Assembly (NCBI RefSeq): GCF_006345805.1 | Contig: NC_043004.1 | Span: 52,452,001-52,516,000 of the forward strand | Source: Octopus sinensis | Lineage: Eukaryota | Length of the DNA stretch: 64,000 bases | Reading direction: 5' to 3' | Notes under the pieces: generated by a model | The model's database searches: none | Told to the model about the DNA's origin: nothing | Seen by the model: the letters and a program-made list of their open reading frames with translations, nothing else | Program-made: the position numbers and the translations under genes | Shown here: in pieces, positions 12,425 through 25,400 of the stretch | Layout of the letters: every line of letters begins with the position of its first letter | Numbering within the stretch: position 1 is the stretch's first letter

Positions 12425-12950
12425 CAACCTAATTCTCCCTCCTCGATCTTTTAATATCCAGGATATTCTGTACCCCACCGTAACCAAAACAGGCAAGAAC
12501 CCACCATAAATTCGGGCCTGGTGGGACACCAGATACTGAAATACGTATCGCCCTTCTTCCCACGTACATTAGGAAGAAGGCGATTTCCTCGGTGCGAGGT
12601 GTAGTCACCGTGCTCTGTATCGCCTGCTCCTCGTTCTTAAAAACGACCTCTACTCCACTGTACTGCCTCGCTCTTGCAATGTGGAGGATATTTGCCATAT
12701 ATCTTTCAAAGTTTTTTCCACCTTGTCGCGTTTAGCATTTTCGAGTCTCCTTGTTTTCGTGTTCACGCACCCGTAAGCAACAGTTCGTTTGAAGCAAGTC
12801 CGATTCAAGCAAGTCACGTGGAGGCGTTAATGCTGGCCTCCTTCCATTCATTTTCATATATTCTGCTACCTTGTTTAGTTTTTCTATTTTGCTCTCCAGT
12901 GAGATGTTAACCAATTCCTTACCAGCCGTGATAGTTACAAAAGTCTCTTT
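12425..12950 (-). mobile_element. Non-LTR retroelement ORF1 (gag-like) remnant, Tx1/L1-type
   Basis: VEVVFKNEEQAIQSTVTTPRT..YVGRRAIRISVSGVPP is homologous to the zinc-knuckle ORF1 at 14.5-15.2 kb. Confidence 0.6.
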
Positions 12951-13282
12951 CCCGCCGCTAACTCCATTTTGTTAGACTCTTTGCAGCAGTTGCTTTGAAT
13001 GTTGTTCTTCGTGCTACTATAATGTTCATATAATGAGGAATACTTTACTCCTGCTTTCCTCTCGCCTTCTTCTTCTCCTCCTCCTCCTTCTTCTTCTTCT
13101 TCTTCCTCTTCTCCTTCTTCTTCCTTCATGCCTTCTACTGCCGATCATGGTGCGGAGGACGGGAAAGTCCTCGTGCAAATTGCCGTACCACCTTCTTTAT
13201 ATATTTACACTCCCGATTTTCATCGCCATCTTGAATGTTTACTTTCTTCGAAGCAAATTTTGGAAGACATTTGAAGACACAA

Positions 13283-13503
13283 AGGTTTGTATCGCCAACA
13301 AAATGGGGCTTTGAATAACAACATTCTCCTATCTCCGCTACGGAGGGACAGATGGCGTGCAAAACGAATTAAACAACATATAATAGAGACACTTTTTGGG
13401 TGTTTACGCTCAATAAACACAGACAACGGCCGGTCTGGGAATCGAAACCGCGATCCTACAACCGCAAGTCCGCTGGCTTAACCACTAGGCCATTGCACCT
13501 CCA
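13283..13503 (-). mobile_element. SINE family B (tRNA-derived head)
   Basis: GCTCAATAAACAC..CGGTCTGGGAATCGAAACCGCGATCC..CCATTGCACCTCCA is shared with 31.6, 46.2 and 49.0 kb. Box A/B-like motifs lie on the minus strand. Confidence 0.85.
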
Positions 13504-13559
13504 CGCAATGGGGTATATAAAAAACACATATCGTATGAAATTATGGATACAAAGAAAAA

Positions 13560-15210
13560 TAAGGATGGAAGGAATTACCTGCCCCTCTCCCTCATAAGTA
13601 GGCAGTTTCATGTTACTGCTTTTATATGAAATTTTACTAACACCTTCAATGCCTGTCTTGCATGTGTAGGTTTTCCCTTTGAAAAAAAATTACACGAAGT
13701 CATTAATTATTCAGTTCTTAATTTCTTCACTCACCCTCATTTACGCCAAATACCTCCTTATATCTTCGGATGCCACTACCAGCGGCAATACATCAAGGCG
13801 AAACTGTAATGGTGTCACTTCTAACTTTTCACCAAACAATCCCTTTATTGGTTCTCCTCTCTCTCTCTCTCTTTTTCCAGCAGAACAGCTTTCAAACCTA
13901 CATTGTTCTCTGGGTGACAATTTAACTCTGATTACGTTCTTCATTTTCGCTATCTTTTTCTCTGTCTCTACACTTTTTGTGTTTTGTATCATATTTCATA
14001 AGTGTTTTCCTTTTGGTATCACTGCCTGTTTTTTTCACCAATCTCTTCTACTGTTGCTAGTATGTCTCTCATTCTTTGTTGTTATCGTTTCTTATTCATC
14101 TTCCTTTTTCTTCTGTACTTTCTCCTTCTTGCTGGTTATTAGTAACGGTTCCTGCTTACGCTCTTCGACTTTGTCACTTACACTTTTGGCCTTTCATTTT
14201 TGGCTCTGTTCGTTCGCTTTCCCTTGTTTCACCCTCTCTGTCTCCTCTCCACTTCTTTTGCTTTTCTTCCCAGGACTTTTGCTGGAGAGTCTGTGTTACT
14301 CTTTTTCCACTGTATACTCTTCTTCGATACTTTGCACCTCTACGGTTGAAACTCCTTCTTCTTCTTCTTCTTCTTCTTCTTCTTCTTCTTCTTCTTCTTC
14401 TTCTTCTTCTTCTTCTTCTTCTTTCTCTATCTCCTCCTCTTCGTGTTTCTGGGCACACTTAACTTACATGTGTCCCTGTACTCCACATTGAAAGCAAATA
14501 AGAGCTCTTCCCTCTACCAAAACTCTCAGCTTCGTCTTATCCGCCAATACCAATTCCTCAGCAATTTTATGGAGGTCTGGTAAACTGATGTGAACAGACG
14601 CCTCGATGCCGTATCCCCAGCAGTTTACCTCCGTGGTTCTTGTGATTTTCAGTATTTTGACTTCCTCTTCTTTATTATAGAAAATGGCTGCCACTAGACA
14701 GGCCTCGTCAATTTCTGGGAGTACTCAACCAATCCTAACTCTGCCACACGTCTGCCACAGTAGGTTGGCAGTAGTACCCACTCAATTGTTCTCATAGTCA
14801 CAGTGGTGTGTTTTATCGCTTCTTGTTCACTCGCGAAGCTTACCTCCACTGTGTCTTATCTCCTTCCCCGGTGCAGTACGTCGTTAAACTTTTGATCTCA
14901 ATCAAGCAATCTTCGACTTCCTCTACTGCAGCTATTTCCACTCTTTTTGTAGCAGGGGGCGGCGTTCTGTATATTACAGTCCTTTTTCAGTTTTTTTTCC
15001 GTAATTTCCTTAGGCGGCGTCAACCTCCGGCTGTCTCCGTCCTTTCATTGTACTTCTTGAAATTCATATCGTTCAGTCGAATTTCTCTCACTTGCAGGAC
15101 ATCTGCCGTTAGACTTCTCCCAGTTACTGCAGCATAACTGTCTGCTGGAACTGATTGACCTTCTATAATATCGTTATTTACAACTTCACCCATAAATGGG
15201 GACAAAAATA
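13560..15210 (-). mobile_element. Non-LTR retroelement ORF1 remnant with CCHC zinc knuckle, Tx1/L1-type
   Basis: DTVEVSFASEQEAIKHTTVTMRT..PTYCGRRVARVRIG..LICFQCGVQGHM*VKC gives CX2CX4HX4C with an internal stop, followed by a Glu/Lys-rich (GAA)n tail. Confidence 0.7.
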
Positions 15211-15439
15211 AAAATTCACAGGTAACGAATTTAATAATTTAGTAATATAACATTTAGGTGCGGTAGACCTTCAGCAATATAACAATAACAAGGCTCACAT
15301 GGAGCGAACACACATCAAATGCAACAGAAAATCGAAGAACTCGACTACAATTCTAACGTCCTCTCAACGATTAGCCAGAGATGATTTCTAAAATGAGAAT
15401 ATCCGAAATAAACTTGACTGCACTCACAAACAAGCATAC

Positions 15440-16104
15440 TAAAAATGAACCCGACCGTTGTCAAAAATTAGGTAAAAAGTCAAAAACATAATCCAGAATC
15501 CTAGTCTGCTACATGATCGATATCACTTGTAGAAAATTTAGTCACTGTAATAAATAGTTTATCCTTATCTAATACAAGCCAAAGTTAACAAATTCACCAT
15601 TCCACGTGGTTTCAATAGCGGAGGTGATAATAAGAAGTTCACGGCCTTTCTTTAGTATTCGTATTGTTTTAGGTCGATGTATGGATACATGTATATATGT
15701 AAGTATACTGTTAACTGTTAATAATGTATAATAAAAAAAATGTGTATTATAAAATCTATGTCGGTGTTATTTATGAACTGATTTGCTACCATTGGTTTAT
15801 GTAGTTTGATTTTTTTATCCATAGAGATAAATACAGAGACGCGATCAAAATTAATAATAGAGAAACGAAAACAAAACTTTGGAAACAGATTAAAGAGAGA
15901 TAACTGAGTAAGTAAATATAAGAAATGATCCAGAATCCTTGTCCGGTACCTGATCGATCCCAAAACCTAATCAGTTACGGGGCCAAACATCCTTGAATGT
16001 TTTATCCGAATCCATCTAGCGGTTCTTGAGTTATCTTGTCCACGGACAAAGAAAAAAGAAACAAATACGAAAACAATACCCTCACCTTCGCTAAGGTGGA
16101 GGTG

Positions 16105-16106
<2 letters not shown>
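15440..16106 (+). mobile_element. Non-autonomous DNA element with 3' hairpin, family uncertain (Helentron/Crypton-like)
   Basis: Repeated ATCCAGAATCCT..TGATCGAT motif (15.49 and 15.93 kb) and a terminal stem-loop CCTCACCTT-cgct-AAGGTGGAGG at about 16079-16103. Confidence 0.35.
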
Positions 16107-16146
<40 letters not shown>

Positions 16147-16159
16147 TAATAATAATAAT

Positions 16160-16527
16160 GATGTATCAATACCGGCAGATGACAACGTGTCTCTAAAAGA
16201 AATGGAGAAACTCTCAAAATACAAAGACCTGGAAATAGAGGTAACTAGAATGTGGAACCTGAAAACAGAAACAATTCCTATCATAATAGGTGCATTAGGC
16301 ATGATAAAAAAATATTCAGACAAATACATAACAAAAACACCAGGACTTACAAACACATATAACATACAGAAAATTGCACTACTAGGCACTTCACACATCC
16401 TACGCAGAACACTTTCCATACAATAACCATCAGAGCATCACAACAAATCACAGCACATACCCAAGGCACACAGAGCTGCGCTCGGTAGTGAAGTGAAAGC
16501 ACGCTATAAAAATAAAACTACTGAATA
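16160..16527 (+). mobile_element. R4/Dong-type LINE 3' end (restriction-like endonuclease C-terminus plus 3' UTR) within (AAT)n
   Basis: DVSIPADDNVSLKEMEKLSKYKDLEIEVTRMWNLKTETIPIIIGALG..LLGTSHILRRTL*, flanked by (AAT)n on both sides. Confidence 0.9.
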
Positions 16528-16603
16528 ATGATAATAATAATAATAAATAATAATAATAAGAAGAAATAATAATAATAATAATAATGATAATAATAATAAT
16601 AAT

Positions 16604-16677
<74 letters not shown>

Positions 16678-16685
16678 TAATAATA

Positions 16686-16721
<36 letters not shown>

Positions 16722-16749
16722 TACTGATAATATTAATAAAATAATAATA

Positions 16750-16785
<36 letters not shown>

Positions 16786-16804
16786 TAATAATATAATAAT
16801 AATA

Positions 16805-17361
16805 AATGCCCTGATGCAGTACCAGGTAGTGGCTCTCATGGCTTCTGATCTTAACTGATTGGAAGTGTTATCATGTACATTGTTTTGTCTTGGTATAAAA
16901 GATGGGCTACAGCAAATATTCTGCTCAATACCACAGATTTGCTTGTCAGTTGTTTGACATTAACCAGTTGAGCATGTCCCTTAGTGGCTGACGATATGTG
17001 CATCTCTGATCACGAGCAGAAGTAGTGGGGGAGCATCATAGCCATGTGTTGAGAGGGATTCTTTGGGGTTTGAATAGTTCACCTCTGGAAACATGGGTGG
17101 TTCTTTCAACATCCTTAAACAACCCTTATTCAGGGACCGTTTGAGCGGGATGGGCTACTCAACCTAAAGAAAATTCTAACTGGGCCCCACCTGCAAGGTC
17201 ATGTGCTGTTTATCTTGATATGAGATCACCATGTCGCGCACATATGGTTGTGATGCATGTGCCTGGTGTACCTTTATCAGACGGGTAGTCATGATGGTTA
17301 TACTGGGCTTCGTATATTTTACCCCAGTGTCACTTTGATGGCATGAACTGCTCTCTCACTC
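16805..17361. mobile_element. ~557-bp non-coding interspersed repeat embedded in (AAT)n
   Basis: Near-identical to 35263-35818 with the same boundaries (AATGCCCTGATGCAG...CTCTCTCACTC). Orientation is unresolved. Confidence 0.9.
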
Positions 17362-17376
17362 AATAATAATAATAAT

Positions 17377-18330
17377 AAAAGAAACATAGATGCGAATAGG
17401 CCAGACGTCATATTGAAAGACTTCAGACAAAAAAAACATGCCTCATTGATATGACTGTCCCAATCTATATAAATGTATCTGTCAAGACCTACCAGAAACT
17501 GAGCAAATATAAAGATCTTGAAATAGAAATGAGCAAAATGTGGAACCTGATTGCTACCTAACTCAGATACCAGGAAACCCCAAAATGGCAGAAATTCAAA
17601 AGATAGGGCTCATGGGAACTGCTCATATCCTACGCTAAATACTTTCTATGTAATCTCAAGTTTTAAAACAAACATGATTTTTGTATTCTTTTTAGACATT
17701 CACTAGTACAACACTAAATACAAAACTAAATATATGGCACACTAGGCAACAACAACATGAACTACCAACCTGTTGTCTCTTGAGGTCTCTGGGTGAGACT
17801 TGGAGCCAACTTGTACAAATGTAAAGCAAAAATCAAACAGTATAATAATAAATAATAATAATAATAAAAGAAACATAGATGCGAATAGGCAGACGTCATA
17901 TTGAAAGACTTCAGACAAAAAAAACATGCCTCATTGATATGACTGTCCCAATCTATATAAATGATCTGTCAAGACCTACCAGAAACTGAGCAAATATAAA
18001 GATCTTGAAATAGAAATGAGCAAAATGTGGAACCTGATTGCTACCTAACTCAGATACCAGGAAACCCCAAAATGGCAGAAATTCAAAAGATAGGGCTCAT
18101 GGAACTGCTCATATCCTACGCTAAATACTTTCTATGTAATCTCAAGTTTTAAAACAAACATGATTTTTGTATTTTTTAGACATTCACTAGTACAACACTA
18201 AATACAAAACTAAATATATGGCACACTAGGCAACAACAACATGAACTACCAACCTGTTGTCTCTTGAGGTCTCTGGGTGAGACTTGGAGCCAACTTGTAC
18301 AAATGTAAAGCAAAAATCAAACAGTATAAT
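17377..18330 (+). mobile_element. Two tandem, internally deleted R4/Dong-type LINE 3' fragments (~490-bp period)
   Basis: Units start at 17377 and 17866, encode IDANRPDVILKDFRQK..LIDMTVP..KLSKYKDLEIEMSKMWNL, and share the same deletion relative to 34.8-34.9 kb. Confidence 0.9.
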
Positions 18331-18340
18331 AATAATAATA

Positions 18341-18388
<48 letters not shown>

Positions 18389-19091
18389 TGATGATGATGA
18401 TGATGATGATGACGACGACAATAATAGTGACAAAAATACCAACGACAATATCTCGAATTACAAGATATCAGCACCATTTTAAGCAACGGTCAAATAATAT
18501 TTTTACCCGAAGTCTTTCATGTTACATTTTGCCAAATTATTAAACATGTATTTCTGTAAATACTTTATCGTAAATATATTCCCTTAGTCAATATCAGTGG
18601 TTGCGTGTGCGATATAATGGTGATTACTGCGATGATGATGATGATGATGATGATGATGGTAGTGGTAGAGGTATAGGTAGTGATTTAGTGGCGGTTTATC
18701 CTATGTTGATTATATCAACAAAATATCAACAATTTCAGTCAATTTCCTGTGTTCGTATTGGATACGTCAGATATTCTATGAGTGGCTGTGAGTAAAATGT
18801 CACTATTTCATTGGAACATTTCCAGAAAGCTATTAGATCTCTGAGAGTGTAATTTCCTAAGAAAGGAATGGAAAATATCAAAGAAAAATATATATTTCTC
18901 TCTCTCACTTCGGGCCTCTTTTCAGCTTGCACTCTCTGCCATATATAAATATATATATACATATAGATAGATACATGCTTAAAGATATATGTATATGTAT
19001 AAATGTATGTATTTATACGTACCTGTATCCATCTAAATTTGTATACACATAAAATCTGCATGTGCATATATACACATACACACGTATGTAA

Positions 19092-19142
<51 letters not shown>

Positions 19143-19880
19143 TGATTTTGCTATCTGCTTATCTATATCTATACGCACGAACACACACATATACATATGC
19201 AGGTATACAAGCATGTATGAGTGCACCCATTTATTTGTACATGTATTTGTGTGTATGCTTGTGTATGAGTGTGAGTGTGCATGTGCGTGCACGCGAACAA
19301 ATTTGAGCGAGTTTGACAGCTGAAATATGCACCATTTCGGGGTATGCATTACAGAGATTTTGTTGCAGTAATTCTCCATCTCGTATGTAATATATAGCAA
19401 TATTTCGTATTCCCTAAAGGAGAAATCTAACAATATATTCCGTTCATGATTGTCTGACACTCCAAACGACATAGCCAATATTAAAAATTCAAACATACCT
19501 TGCAGAAAGCCATTATTGCATTTAATCTATCCGTTTTCAAGTTTCATATTTTCAAATTCGCATAGCGAGATATGAAACTAGAAATATGATGATATTATAA
19601 GGTGGACATTTCTGTAGGATAACCAGCTGGCTAAAGATATTGTTAAGTTATTTGTCATTCGTGTGAGGCATGGAGAATTTACTATGAAGTGAAATATGGT
19701 ATTTAAGGATGGTTAAATATGCAATGAAATATATATCCCATCAATTTCAGATACACAAAACCACATAGCCATACTAACATAAACACAGAAACAAACGGAG
19801 AAATATAGATCTATATATATATAGACCTATCTTTCTATATATCTTCGTCTCTCTCTCTCTCTCTCCTCTCTCTCTATATA

Positions 19881-19921
<41 letters not shown>

Positions 19922-20410
19922 CATATACATATATATCTATATATTTATCTATCTATCTATCTATCTATCTGTCTATATATATATATATATATATATATCA
20001 CTCTCTCTTTTTTTCTCTTTCGCCCTCTCTATATATGCATACTTTCATACACACACCAATCTCTCTCTTTTTCTGTCACTCTTTATCTATCTGTCTGTCT
20101 GTCTATCTGTCTGTCTACCTGTCTGTCTTTCTATCTGTATATCTATTTATCTATCTATCAATAAATCAATCTATCTGGCTATCTATCTATATATCTATCT
20201 TTTTATACACAGATACATACATATATGTTCATGCATAGTTATACATACATAAATGTATATATGTATGTAAGCCTACTTCTGTTTCTCTTGGAACCCGCAT
20301 AAAACTATAACGATGAATTGTAAAACTATCTCAATGGACAAAGAAATGATGCTGGACTATACACAAGGAAACAATGTTGCCACCCGTCGCTCATGAAAAA
20401 TAAAACCGTA

Positions 20411-21421
20411 TTAAGATACACAAGTTGAAGAATATATGAATATATTCTCCCGAAGTACATACACATAATTTCCCCATCGAATATCCCTATATACAGAATC
20501 AAACATTATGTAAATAGTGGCAATACAACTAGGAAAATGAATATCATCTGCTGTAGTTAATCTCATGAATGGAGCATCTAATGCAGCAAGGAATTTTGCG
20601 TCACTGGTAAAATGAAATAACATTTCATTCTTTGTAATAATTCTCAATGACTTTTCAATAAGAATAACATAAAAATTAGTTACAAATGCCTTGAAGTCAT
20701 TGCATCGCAAAATATCTTCCCATAATGAATACCATGTAAATGATGACACTCCCACCAATACGCATAATGCAGTTGAAGGAACAAAACGACTTCAGTCTTT
20801 GATAACAAATATTACCCCATTTAAGTGGCAAATATACTTCACGAATATATATTCTGATAATCGCTTATTTGTTCCAGATCTTGTGAAGCACCGTTTGAAT
20901 GTTTTAGTTTTTGCATTGGACATTAGCTGAGGTCTGACACAAAGACTGTTGTACAACCGCAAGCTTATACAGACATATACGCGCATACAGACAAACTCAC
21001 ACTCCACATACTACAACTCACAATAGACATATGTATGTAATCATATGTGTGTTCAGTATCGTCTAATTTGCAATTGCAGCGATAGGAAACTGAACCACAA
21101 GAATTAATCTCAGAAATATGTGACACAAATTTAGCAGACTGTTTGACCAAAATACATCCTAGAGGCCCAGACACATGCTCATTTCTGATGTATATTTTCT
21201 GTAGTTTAGAAATAATGCATGTGGTTACATTTTGGTGAATAATTAATTCTAAGTAGTAGATTGGTAGCTTGGTGATTAGTGGCTGATGAATCATCAGTCA
21301 TTGTAGTTGTATGCTTTTCGATGAATGAAATTTCACGGTGACAGTTGACAGTAATTGAATGATGAACGGTGAATGATAAAGGTATATGTTTGGCTGTTAA
21401 GTCTTGCATTACGAGTGGCAT
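20411..21421 (-). other. Possible decayed coding segment (overlapping stop-poor frames), product unknown
   Basis: Four consecutive non-microsatellite minus-strand ORFs. ORFs 20792-21007 and 20411-20758 are in the same frame, separated by one TGA. Confidence 0.25.
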
Positions 21422-21527
21422 ATGCTTTATGAAGAATGATGCAAAACTGGCTAATAAATGCTGAATTTCAACAGTTTACATATATATGTAAAGATATAAT
21501 TAATTCTAAACTCTGGTATTCTTTTAT

Positions 21528-21910
21528 TCTTTTACTTGTTTCAGTCATTTGACTGTGGCCATGTTGGAGCACAGCCTTTAGTCGAACAAATCGGCCCCAG
21601 AACTTATTCTTTGTAAGCCTAGTACTTATTCTATAGGTCTCTTTACCGAACCGCTAATAACAGGGATGTAAACACACTAGCATCGGTTGTCAAGCGATGG
21701 TGAGGGGACAAACACAAACACACACACGCATACATATATACATATATACGACGGGCTTCTTTCAGTTTCCGTCTACCAAATCCACTCAGAAGGCTTTGGT
21801 CGACCCGAGGCTATAGTAGAAGACACTTGCCCAAGTTGCCACTTTGGGACTGAACCCGGAACCATGTGATTGGTAAGCAAGTTACTTACCACACAGCCAC
21901 ACCTGCGCCT
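21528..21910 (-). mobile_element. SINE family A, full length
   Basis: TCTTTTACTTGTTTCAGTCATTTGACTG...GGACTGAACCCGGAACCATGTG..CACACCTGCGCCT, with a tRNA-like head on the minus strand. Confidence 0.92.
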
Positions 21911-22475
21911 ATGGAGATTAGCATATGAAAATTCCTAAAGTGTGGGTGATTAGTTTGTACTGAACGGGTGGATGTAGAGTGAATATATAGGATAGGATGT
22001 AGAGAAATGTAACAACTGATTGAATGTTACCACCGCCTGAATATATAGATATATAGATGTTTATGACTATATTATCATTGATTTATATGTTATATTAGAG
22101 ACATTTGAATGGTTTTTGTAGCGGACCTATCGATTAGAAAGAAGTTTCATTTTAGTTCAAGCGATCAGAGAGAATTTTCATTTTAGCTCTTTGAGGTGCT
22201 GCTAGTTTAATATGAAATTTCAAAATTCCAGCAAAGTCTACTTTGGCAAAGACACTTTTTTCTGAAGCCATTCAGAATATACTTCCGATACGGGCATTCC
22301 AGCTTTGGAAGTAGCAGCGTAACCCTTTTCAAAATAGAAGGTTAGAAAAGAGAATGAATGAAATGGTGATGCAGCCTTCCGGCTGTTTCGCAAAATGAGG
22401 TGCACAGACCAAAGGGGTAGAGAAATGTAGTAATGGAGGCAGGTGTTCCGTTGTAAACGTTGTAAAAGGATACCA

Positions 22476-25400
22476 GGTAAATTGTATATATTTACAGTTA
22501 CATATAGACAGCGAGGGGTAAACTGTATATATTTACAGTTACATATAGAAAGCGAGGGGTAAACTGTATATATTTACAGTTACGTATAGAAAGCGAGGGT
22601 AAATTGTATATATTTACAGTTATATAGACAGCGAGGGGTAAATTGTATAGATTTACAGTTACAATAGAACAGCGAGGGGGAAGTGTATTTTACAGTTACA
22701 TATAAAAGCAAGGGGTAAACTGGTATATTTACAGTTACATATAGACAGCGAGGGGTAAACTGTATATATTTACAGTTACATATAGAAAGCGAGGGGTAAA
22801 CTGTATATATTTACAGTTACATATAGAAAGCAAGGGGTAAACTGTATATATTTACAGTTACATATAGAAAGCAAGGGGTAAACTGTATATATTTACAGTT
22901 ACATATAGACAGCGAGGGGTAAGCTATATATATTTACAGTTACATATAGAAAGCAAGCGGTAAACTGTATATATTTACAGTTACATATAGAAAGCGAGGG
23001 GTAAACTGTATATATTTACAGTTACATATAGACAGCGAGGGGTAAACTGTATATATTTACAGCTACATATAGAAAGCGAGCGGTAAACTGTATATATTTA
23101 CAGTTACATATAGAAAGCGAGGGGTAAACTGTATATATTTACAGTTACATATAGAAAGCGAGGGGTAAATTGTATATATTTACAGTTACATGTAGAAAGC
23201 GAGGGGTAAATTGTATATATTTATAGTTACATATAGACAGCGAGGGGTAAACTGTATATATTTACAGTTACGTATAGAAAGCGAGGGGTAAACTGTATAT
23301 ATTTACAGTTACATATAGAAAGCGAGCGGTAAGCTGTATATATTTACAGTTACATATAGAAAGCGAGCGGTAAACTGTATATATTTACAGTTACATATAG
23401 AAAGCGAGGGGTAAATTGTATATATTTACAGTTACATATAGAAAGCGAGGGGTAAATTGTATATATTTACAGTTACATATAGACAGCGAGGGGTAAACTG
23501 TATATATTTACAGTTACGTATAGAAAGCGAGGGGTAAACTGTATATATTTACAGTTACATATAGAAAGAAAGGGGTAAACTGTATATATTTACAGTTACA
23601 TATAGACAGCTAGGGGTAAACTGTATATATTTACAGTTACATATAGAAAGCGAGCGGTAAACTGTATATATTTACAGTTACATATAGAAAGCGAGGGGTA
23701 AATTGTATATATTTACAGTTACATATAGAAAGCGAGGGGTAAACTGTATATATTTACAGTTACATATAGAAAGCGAGGGGTAAATTGTATATATTTACAG
23801 TTACATATAGAAAGCGAGGGATAAACTGTATATATTTACATGTACATATAGACAGCGAGGGGTAAACTGTATATATTTACAGTTACGTATAGAAAGCGAG
23901 GGGTAAACTGTATATATTTACAGTTACATATAGAAAGCGAGGGTAAATTGTTATATTTACAGTTACATATAGAAAGCAGGGGTAAACTGTATATATTACA
24001 GTTACATATAGACAGCGAGGGGTAAACTGTATATATTTACAGTTACATATAGAAAGCGGGGGTAAACTGTATATATTTACAGTTACATATAGACAGCGAG
24101 GGGTAACTGTATATATTTACAGTTACGTATAGAAAGCGAGGGGTAAACTGTATATATTTACAGTTACATATAGAAAGCGAGGGGTAAACTGTATATATTT
24201 ACAGTGACATATAGACAGCGAGGGGTAAACTGTATATATTTACAGTTACATATAGAAAGCAAGGGGTAAACTGTATATATTTACAGTTACATATAGAAAG
24301 CGAGGGGTAAACTGTATATATTTACAGTTACATATAGAAAGCAAGGGGTAAACTGTATATATTTACAGTTACATATAGACAGCGAGGAGTAAACTGTATA
24401 TATTTACAGTTACATATAGAAAGCAAGGGGTAAACTGTATATATTTACAGTTACATATAGAAAGCGAGGGGTAAACTGTATATATTTACAGTTACATATA
24501 GAAAGCAAGGGGTAAACTGTATATATTTACAGTTACATATAGAAAGCGAGGGGTAAATTGTATATATTTACAGTTACATATAGAAAGCAAGGGGTAAACT
24601 GTATATATTTACAGTTACATATAGACAGCGAGGGGTAAACTGTATATATTTACAGTTACGTATAGAAAGCGAGGGGTAAACTGTAAATATTTACAGTTAC
24701 ATATAGAAAGCGAGGGGTAAATTGTATATATTTACAGTTACATATAGAAAGCAAGGGGTAAACTGTATGTATTTACAGTTACATATAGACAGCGAGGAGT
24801 AAACTGTATATATTTACAGTTACATATAGAAAGCAAGGGGTAAAATGTATATATTTACAGTTACGTATAGAAAGCGAGGGGTAAACTGTATATATTTACA
24901 GTTACATATAGAAAGCGAGGGGTAAATTGTATACATTTACAGTTACATATAGAAAACAAGGGGTAAACTGTATATATTTACAGTTACATATAGAGAGCGA
25001 GGGGTAAACTGTATATATTTACAGTTACGTATAGAAAGCGAGGGGTAAACTGTATATATTTACAGTTACATATAGAAAGCGAGGGGTAAACTGTATATAT
25101 TTACAGTTACATATAGACAGCGAGGGGTAAACTGTATATATTTACAGTTACATATAGAAAGCAAGGGGTAAACTGTATATATTTACAGTTACATATAGAA
25201 AGCGAGGGGTAAATTGTATATATTTACAGTTACATGTAGAAAGCGAGGGGTAAATTGTATATATTTACAGTTACATATAGACAGCGAGGGGTAAACTGTA
25301 TATATTTACAGTTACGTATAGAAAGCGAGGGGTAAACTGTATATATTTACAGTTACATATAGAAAGCGAGCGGTAAGCTGTATATATTTACAGTTACATA

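Noticed and set aside
13679-14491. 270-aa plus-strand hydrophobic ORF
   Set aside because: It is the antisense shadow of the purine-rich Glu/Lys tail of the minus-strand ORF1 remnant.
16805-17361. HDV-like or hammerhead ribozyme in the 557-bp element
   Set aside because: I could not assemble the nested pseudoknot or a GAAA-containing core by eye. A covariance search is needed.
22208-22324. Minus-strand ECPYRK..KKCLCQSRLCWN after a good acceptor, as a second Ly6-like exon
   Set aside because: A bare CxCxxxxC pattern can arise by chance in a window this size. It lacks the D and the adjacent CN, and there is no good donor.
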